Below, piece by piece: positions 34,011-41,570 of a stretch of DNA of 41,570 nt (its first letter is position 1; every line of letters begins with the position of its first letter). Under the pieces are notes generated by a model. It worked only from the letters and a program-made list of their open reading frames with translations, did not search any database and was not told where the DNA came from. Location of the stretch: NCBI RefSeq assembly GCF_001194135.2, contig NC_068994.1, forward strand, positions 6,737,965 through 6,779,534, written 5' to 3'. This DNA comes from Octopus bimaculoides. Lineage: Eukaryota. Position numbers and translations under genes: made by a program.

Positions 34011-34150
34011 GGGCGGCTTTTCGCAGTAGCAGGAGATGTTTTTCACTATTTTCCTATATATCCGTAGCGACAAATTTCACTAAAGTATCTATTTGTATGT
34101 GAATATAGGCTATTGATAATACCCAAAGAGGCCGAAATGCATTAAGCGTT
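34011..34150 (+). mobile_element. repeat family H, second copy (decayed hammerhead-like motif)
   Basis: gggcggc..cgcagta..atgtttttca..tatccg..gcgacaaatttca...ttgataa-tacc-caaaga-ggcc-gaaa-tgca-tt aligns to 22502-22635. Confidence 0.7.
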
Positions 34151-34170
34151 CTTGCTGGCCACTGTTGGGA

Positions 34171-34215
<45 letters not shown>

Positions 34216-35220
34216 NNNNNNNNNNNNNNNNNNNNNNNNNNNNNNNNNNNNNNNNNNNNNNNNNNNNNNNNNNNNNNNNNNNNNNNNNNNNNNNNNNNNN
34301 NNNNNNNNNNNNNNNNNNNNNNNNNNNNNNNNNNNNNNNNNNNNNNNNNNNNNNNNNNNNNNNNNNNNNNNNNNNNNNNNNNNNNNNNNNNNNNNNNNNN
34401 NNNNNNNNNNNNNNNNNNNNNNNNNNNNNNNNNNNNNNNNNNNNNNNNNNNNNNNNNNNNNNNNNNNNNNNNNNNNNNNNNNNNNNNNNNNNNNNNNNNN
34501 NNNNNNNNNNNNNNNNNNNNNNNNNNNNNNNNNNNNNNNNNNNNNNNNNNNNNNNNNNNNNNNNNNNNNNNNNNNNNNNNNNNNNNNNNNNNNNNNNNNN
34601 NNNNNNNNNNNNNNNNNNNNNNNNNNNNNNNNNNNNNNNNNNNNNNNNNNNNNNNNNNNNNNNNNNNNNNNNNNNNNNNNNNNNNNNNNNNNNNNNNNNN
34701 NNNNNNNNNNNNNNNNNNNNNNNNNNNNNNNNNNNNNNNNNNNNNNNNNNNNNNNNNNNNNNNNNNNNNNNNNNNNNNNNNNNNNNNNNNNNNNNNNNNN
34801 NNNNNNNNNNNNNNNNNNNNNNNNNNNNNNNNNNNNNNNNNNNNNNNNNNNNNNNNNNNNNNNNNNNNNNNNNNNNNNNNNNNNNNNNNNNNTATATATA
34901 TATATATATATATATATATTATGGAATGATAGTAGAAAGAATCAAACAATGAACGAAAACAAGCAACAGCACAACCTACTTTTTTGCAGAGACATTATCG
35001 GGAAAACGGGACTCCAGCCTCGGGTGTATACATTTACAGATTGTGAATTCTTTTTTTGATTCGTTTCGTCACATTCCAGTTTGTAATATCCATCATTACG
35101 TCTGTTCTTTCCAAACTTCTTAAGATCTCGTTCGTTCGTTCGTTCTGGTTCTGGTTCTCGTCGGCATAGACATGTCTTTTTCTTTTCCTAATTCATGCGC
35201 TTGTGTGTAAGTGTATATGT

Positions 35221-35389
35221 CAGCGGTTCTCAACCCGCGGCTCCCCTCAGGCCGCATGCAGCCCTGAAGTATCCGTCCGCCTCCCCACCACGGTCTTCCC
35301 TTCACATATGTATAAAACATTTTTCTTTAATCGATTTGTGTTTTACTTTCTCGGCCGCGGCCCGATATTAAAATGGCTGGAAACCGGTG
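35221..35389. mobile_element. hAT-Charlie-like MITE
   Basis: TIRs cagcggttctcaacc and ggctggaaaccggtg (11/15); 8-bp TSD gtatatgt/gtatatgc; internal gccgcatgcagccc and gcggcccg motifs. Confidence 0.8.
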
Positions 35390-35430
35390 GTATATGCTCA
35401 CGCGTGTGTTATGCACTATGACTTTTTTAC

Positions 35431-35636
35431 ACGTTTCAGTCATTTGACTGCGGCCATGCTGGAGCACGACCTTTAGTCGAACAAATCGACCACATGACTT
35501 GTTCTTTGTAAGCCTAGTACTTATTCTATCAGTCTCTTTTGCCGAACCGCTAGATTTCGTGGACTTAAACACACCGACATCGGTTGTCAAGCGATGGTGG
35601 GTGGAAAAACACAGACGCACAAACATATATATGTAT
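35431..35636 (-). mobile_element. SINE family B, 3' half
   Basis: tttcagtcatttgactgcggccatgctggagcac...gccgaaccgct...cggttgtcaagcg. Confidence 0.88.
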
Positions 35637-36050
35637 NNNNNNNNNNNNNNNNNNNNNNNNNNNNNNNNNNNNNNNNNNNNNNNNNNNNNNNNNNNNNNNN
35701 NNNNNNNNNNNNNNNNNNNNNNNNNNNNNNNNNNNNNNNNNNNNNNNNNNNNNNNNNNNNNNNNNNNNNNNNNNNNNNNNNNNNNNNNNNNNNNNNNNNN
35801 NNNNNNNNNNNNNNNNNNNNNNNNNNNNNNNNNNNNNNNNNNNNNNNNNNNNNNNNNNNNNNNNNNNNNNNNNNNNNNNNNNNNNNNNNNNNNNNNNNNN
35901 NNNNNNNNNNNNNNNNNNNNNNNNNNNNNNNNNNNNNNNNNNNNNNNNNNNNNNNNNNNNNNNNNNNNNNNNNNNNNNNNNNNNNNNNNNNNNNNNNNNN
36001 NNNNNNNNNNNNNNNNNNNNNNNNNNNNNNNNNNNNNNNNNNNNNNNNNN

Positions 36051-36104
<54 letters not shown>

Positions 36105-36149
36105 GGGCTATATATATGTGTGTGTGTGTGTGACTGTTTGTCTGTCTGT

Positions 36150-36371
36150 CTGTGTGTGCGTCTTTGTGTCTGTGTTTGTTCCCCCACCGCCGCTTGACAA
36201 CCGGTGTTTGTGCGTTTACGTCCCCACAACTTAGCGGTTCGGAAGAAAAGAACCGATAGTATAAATACTAAGCTTTTAAAAAAATAAGTACTGGGTCAAT
36301 TTGTTCGACTAACATCCATTCAAGGTAGTGCCCCAGCATGGCCGCAGTAAAATGAGTGAAATAAGTAAAAG
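36150..36371 (+). mobile_element. SINE family B, 3' half
   Basis: cgcttgacaaccggtg...cttagcggttcgg...gtgccccagcatggccgcagtaaaatgagtgaaataagtaaaag. Confidence 0.85.
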
Positions 36372-36419
36372 TTAAAAGACATAGATGCGTATGTCTGTCA
36401 AAGGTTCAGCGCTTGTTGC

Positions 36420-36851
36420 GGCGAAGTGTCTTGTGCGCCTCAATGACCCGAGAGCTGTGCCACCGGCCGAAAGCTCCAGAAGGGTTTCCCAAACCATAAA
36501 AGGTCGAAGGTAAGAGGTCAAAACGTATATGGACCTCTTCTTTCCTGAGGTGAAAATGGGTTTGTGTAGAGCCAGCAAGGTTACAGAAGCATCAATGACG
36601 ATTCGAAACCGTCAAGACTTGGGAGAAGATCTTCCCTCAGGGAAACATATGACGCAGTGTAGCACAATTCTAAAGGAGCCAGCAGACTTTGTTACGTATC
36701 AGGCCCTGGGCGGGGGCTCAGTGAATGCTTGGAGGTAGGATTCTGAAGCAGAGCTGAAAAAGCAGGGATCCGACTGGAGAAAAGCAGAATAAACAGGTAC
36801 AAAGTGGTGGCAAATGGAGAAAAGTTGTCGCTGTTCTCCTGTGCTACTTGG
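36420..36851 (+). mobile_element. degenerate, internally deleted RTE-clade LINE remnant
   Basis: 36724 onward reads NAWR*DSEAELKKQGSDWRKAE*, resembling the RTE ORF C-terminal NTWRR..EAE.K..G..W motif. 36439-36520 resembles RTE 5' regions as I recall them. Confidence 0.55.
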
Positions 36852-37006
36852 CAGTAGTTCTCAATCAATTTTTGTCCGTGGGCCTTTTTTGATTTCTGTT
36901 TTACTCCCTTGAACTTCCACAGCCATTTGATGTATAATTTTTAAAGAAAATAGAAAATTATTATTTCTAAATCTCTCTGAACGAGAGACATTCAGTAACA
37001 GTACTC

Positions 37007-37515
37007 TAAAGTAAAGATTATTCGCCAACATAAAGTGGCAGTCCTGGTTTAGGACGCAGATACTGTGTCGTATAACCAGCTGGAGACGATGTTTCCTGGG
37101 GCTAATCTGACACTCCGTCGGTTGCGACGACGAGGGTTCCAGTTGACCTGATCAACAGAACAGCCTGATCGTGAAATTAACGTGCAAATGGTTGAGCACA
37201 CCACGGACACGTGTACCCTTAAGGTAGTTCACTGGGAGCTTCAGCGTGACACAGAATGTGACAAGGCTGACCCCTTTGAATTACAAGTACAGGTCATTTT
37301 TGCCAACTGAGTGGACTAGAGCAGCGTGAAATATGAAATAAAGTGTCCTACTCAAGGACACAACGCGTCGCCGGGAATTGAACTCACGATTTTACGATCG
37401 AGAGCTGAATGTCCTAACGACTAAGCCACGCGCCTTCACATCCTGGAGCTAAATAACAGAAACAATCGTCCTAACCAAGACTGCCACATTATGTTGGCAA
37501 ATAATCTTTACACTA
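37007..37515. mobile_element. MITE with about 45-bp TIRs, interrupted by a SINE
   Basis: gtaaagattattcgccaacataaagtggcagtcctggtttaggacg versus cgtcctaaccaagactgccacattatgttggcaaataatctttac. Confidence 0.8.
37108..37439 (-). mobile_element. SINE family C1, full length with 12-bp TSD
   Basis: TSD tcctggggctaa (37094-37105) and tcctggagctaa (37441-37452); tRNA-like head tgaaggcgcgtggcttagtcgttagg...gagttcaattccc. Confidence 0.92.
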
Positions 37516-38649
37516 AAAGAAAAAAAAAAGAATCCTATTATATTTTTATAATGAAATATTATTAGGAAATGTATGAAAACGATTGTTGAAATACTTGATG
37601 CATTGTAGAAGTATAACGGCCTTGCTGCACATAAATTCTTACGACAAAATTTTGCGTGTACCCCTAATGGTGGTGTGGGCCCCAGTTGAGAACCACCGAT
37701 TCATAGGGAGTGAAATACTTAATGAACGAATGATATACACATACACTGACACGCACATACGCGCACACACATACCAGGGTGGATTTTAGCGACTTTCCAT
37801 GAAAAGTAAGCCGTATTACATTGTCCCCGACATAAGCATAAATATATACACTCTACGCATTTTCCGGTTGTGAAAAATAAAGGACTTCAGACAGCAGCGG
37901 TAATAACTGTAGCAGTAGTAGCAGTAGTAATAATAGTAGTTGTAGTTGTAATTGTTGTTGTTGTTGTTGCTCCTCCCTGTATTGATTCGCCACTTTCACA
38001 CACACACCCACTCACGAACGCAAATCCCAACCACACCCCAGTTGGAGCTGTGGTACTGGTCGTCTGCTCGAGCGCAGTTCATCCGCGCAACCAGTGGAAA
38101 TAGACAAATAGTAGGGTGGGGGGCAACTGAAGTCAACGAANNNNNNNNNNNNNNNNNNNNNNNNNNNNNNNNNNNNNNNNNNNNNNNNNNNNNNNNNNNN
38201 NNNNNNNNNNNNNNNNNNNNNNNNNNNNNNNNNNNNNNNNNNNNNNNNNNNNNNNNNNNNNNNNNNNNNNNNNNNNNNNNNNNNNNNNNNNNNNNNNNNN
38301 NNNNNNNNNNNNNNNNNNNNNNNNNNNNNNNNNNNNNNNNNNNNNNNNNNNNNNNNNNNNNNNNNNNNNNNNNNNNNNNNNNNNNNNNNNNNNNNNNNNN
38401 NNNNNNNNNNNNNNNNNNNNNNNNNNNNNNNNNNNNNNNNNNNNNNNNNNNNNNNNNNNNNNNNNNNNNNNNNNNNNNNNNNNNNNNNNNNNNNNNNNNN
38501 NNNNNNNNNNNNNNNNNNNNNNNNNNNNNNNNNNNNNNNNNNNNNNNNNNNNNNNNNNNNNNNNNNNNNNNNNNNNNNNNNNNNTTATGCAAAATACATT
38601 TTATACACTTCAAATGCAAAAGGAAATATGTTTATATTAAAAATATAAA

Positions 38650-38825
38650 GTAAGAAGTTTACTTCCGAACCATATGGTTCCGGGTTCTGTCCTACTACAC
38701 GGTACCTTGAGCAAGTGCCTCCTATTATAGCCTCGGGTCGACTAAAGCCTTGTGAATCGATTTGGCAGACGGAAACCGAAAGAAGCTCGTCCTATGTGTG
38801 TATGTATTTATGTATGTATGTAGGC

Positions 38826-38859
<34 letters not shown>

Positions 38860-39090
38860 ATGTGCGTGTCTCTATGTCTGTGTTTGTCCCCCTATACTAC
38901 TTGAAAAACGGTGTTGGTGTGTTTACGCCCCTTGAATCTAGCAGTTTGGCAAAAAGAACTCGATAGAATAAACACCAGGCTTGAAAAAAAGTAAGTATAG
39001 GGGCTGGTTCATTTTCATACCGACTAAAAATTCGCCAAGGCGGTGCCCCATTATGGCTGCAGTCTAATGCCTGAAACTAGTAAAGGATAC
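38650..39090 (+). mobile_element. SINE family B, diverged full length
   Basis: Head, (TG)n spacer and tail aggcggtgccccattatggctgcagtctaatgcctgaaac. Confidence 0.85.
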
Positions 39091-39308
39091 AAAATAAATG
39101 ATATCCCAGCTATACATATATCTTAATCCAAATTTCTGATTTAAGTCTCTTTTCAATTAAAAAGTTAAATATTTTTTTTGTTAATCCATTGTTTTAAACC
39201 GTTAAAAAAAAAACCCCGAAAGATGTTAAAAAAAAAATGCATTAAAAAGCTAAAAGAGAGTTTTAAGATAATCCACGCAAAAACGAATAAAAGCTGCCGG
39301 TGTTTCTG

Positions 39309-39510
39309 TGTGGTCACTCGATCTGCTAGAAACAGCAGCTAAATGTCTTTCAGTTCAGACGGTAAATTCTTTAAAAAAGTGGAATGACATGTTGGTGAAT
39401 AATGTAGTGGGAGATATAAACCGTGTTTATAAAAGATGTGGTGGGCATGGGTAGAATGTCACAGAGCATATATTCCCCTCGATCAGGGCTGATAATAGCA
39501 ACAACAACGA
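39309..39510 (+). mobile_element. repeat family D, diverged
   Basis: gtggtcactcgatctgctagaaacagcagctaaat...ctcgatcagggctga..caacaacaac. Confidence 0.6.
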
Positions 39511-40473
39511 TAGTAGAGATAGGTAAGCATGTAAATGAGATAAGAAAATGTTACAGGGTTCCTGATGAAAAAAAAAATTTAAAAAATAAATAAATAATAG
39601 TTCCCTGGATCCCTAGACAACCCCTTTCAACTGTTTACAACAGCAACAACAACAAAAAGAAAAACGGGAAAAAAGAAAAGAAAAGAAAAGAAGAATTTGA
39701 GAGAGAAAAAAAAATGCATAAAAAATACAGACAACAGTTTCAGAAGATAAAATTCTCTGAAAGAAATATATTTATTGTCCGAACTGTCTTCCATAGATAG
39801 CCCTGTTAGTGATTACTTTTCCGAAATAGCATTTTGTACATAAATAAATAAATAAAGAAGGCAGTGGGGAATGGAGGAAGGGGTTTAAAGGTTTGCATTA
39901 TGCTGAGGGGAGGGTGTTTTTCTGCTTTTTTTGTTTTCGTTTGTTTGTTTATGTGTCTGTTTGTAGCTTATATATCTGTTCCGTGGTTTTGAACTTATAA
40001 AATTATATGCCTGTATATAGACACAGGCATATATGTTCCACGCACACACACAGACATGCACGCATGCACACACAGAAGCACACGCACACACACAAGCAAA
40101 CACGCAGGTACGCGCACGCACACACACACATGCATTTATAAAGGTGTCACATTATGCTTATACGATATATGTGGATGTACACAGAAAGAAAGAACGAAAG
40201 AAAGGAAGGAAGACAGACAGACTGATAGATAGATAGGTAGATAGATAGATAGATAGATAGATAGAGTCAATTTGATAGATGATGTAAAAGACTAAATTAA
40301 GTTTTGAAAATAGGAAGCTATGAAGCATAAAAAAATTAGCTTAATGAGACAAATTAAACTATGCATATAATTAGAATTGAATTAGAATTAATTTTAACTT
40401 ATAATTAGTTGAAACTGTAATCAAGTAGCCAGAGTTGGATGAAAAAAAAAATTTAAAACGTTCGTTCCGTCAT

Positions 40474-41200
40474 TTAGATATTGTATTCCAAAAGAGTGGA
40501 ATATTTCGTTTCGTCGGCTCCGAAGTTGGCGTTTAGAGTAACTTTTATTCCTTTTCCTCTAAATTGGACGAGTGCAACTTTTCCTTCCCAGTTATCGTTG
40601 GCATCTTTGGTAAGGTGCGTCCACTCTCCTTCGGCTACAACTGCTACGGCATTAGCTTTAGGAATACTGCATTTGAAGTTCACTTTTGCCAAGCTGCTTC
40701 CCGAATGCAAGACCAACGGTTCGTACAGGTAACATCCATCTTTCCACTGGGCATATTGCTTGGGGAAAGGGTAGACAGCATTCAAGGCCCGTTTCACATG
40801 AATAAGATAGTTGAAGACACCGGGCAAGGTTTTGCTTTCGTCGGAGAGAAGTAAGGCATAGATTTGCAGTTTGTAGTAACCAGATGCCGGGAAGTGAACA
40901 ACCAGAGTAATTACTTTATCCTGAGTGTGGGTAAAAACGTTTTCCGGTGTTTCCTTGTCATCTTTGCAGGCAATCAAATTGCACGTAACTTTTACTGGTT
41001 TCGAAGCCTTCAATTTAACTTCCAGCTGATTGTCCTGGGCAGTGATCTCGGGCTCGGTATAATTTTGAGTGGCCAAACCGAATTCGGCGAACTTTTCCTG
41101 TGCACCCAAATACCCGTAGGGTAGTTCTGGCTTTTCAGACGACATTTTCAAAAAATTTTTCAGTGGTGTTATTAATTTAGGAGTTGTAAGAAAATTTTCA
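40474..41200 (-). CDS. terminal coding exon of a kyphoscoliosis peptidase (KY)/hillarin-like protein (C-terminal beta-rich domains)
   Basis: Uninterrupted frame of more than 225 aa ending STLLEYNI*. Motifs FPASGYYKLQIYAL, LPGVFNYLI, PFPKQYAQWKDGCYLYEP and AVAVV..EWTHL are typical of mollusc KY-like C-termini as I recall them. An in-frame stop at 41209-41211 makes ttttcag| (41201-41207) the likely acceptor. Confidence 0.8.
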
Positions 41201-41523
41201 CTGAAAACTTAGAAATTTCACTGATTCTTAATCCCTGCAAAAATTAAATTTGTTGCAGCTGACAAGAAAAGGGTTTGGTTCTGACGGCCTTGAGCGACTT
41301 CCTCTTTCCGCACGTCTGTCTGGTATTCGAGTTACCTAAGAACTGGCAAAGAACGGTTTGGGTTGAAGGTAACTAATAGCAACGGCTGTAGCATCAGCAG
41401 CAGCAGCAGGAGAAGCAGACGTCAAAAAGTTCTGTGGTAGCAAGTTTAATGTGGATTTTGACGCAAATACATACATTACATAAACACACACACATTTACG
41501 CGTAATACGTACGTAGGTATCTA

Positions 41524-41570
<47 letters not shown>

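Larger units (their letters stand above)
36852..37698. mobile_element. hAT-type MITE split by nested insertions
   Basis: Left end cagtagttctcaatc (36852), right end gttgagaaccaccg (37685-37698); interior interrupted from about 36990 to 37520. No clear TSD. Confidence 0.6.

Noticed and set aside
40481-41124. Plus-strand ORFs overlapping the KY-like exon
   Set aside because: Antisense shadows of the real minus-strand CDS.

Overview
AT-rich, gapped, microsatellite-saturated eukaryotic DNA. The tRNA-derived SINE families and simple-repeat density point to an octopus (cephalopod) genome; that is inference from recalled repeat families. Almost all ORFs in the supplied track are artefacts of microsatellites or N-gaps. 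Two minus-strand protein genes can be read from the sequence. (1) A multi-exon whirlin/PDZD7-like scaffold gene: 12 candidate exons between 552 and 15178, phase-compatible at every junction that can be checked (one is hidden by a gap), encoding a long low-complexity region, a harmonin-homology domain (HHD) and a C-terminal PDZ domain. No PDZ1/PDZ2 exons were recognised. (2) The terminal exon of a kyphoscoliosis-peptidase/hillarin-like gene (40474-41200). The rest is SINEs of at least four families (A-D here), a CR1-like LINE 3' end sharing its tail with SINE B, an RTE remnant, hAT/pogo MITEs, foldbacks, nested insertions and a short inverted telomeric-type repeat. The most unusual signal is a set of dispersed repeats whose consensus folds as minimal type I hammerhead ribozymes of the Penelope/retrozyme type. 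One palindromic family has a swapped G3:C8 core pair (GUGANCA instead of CUGANGA). Every individual copy carries at least one damaging change, so activity is untested.
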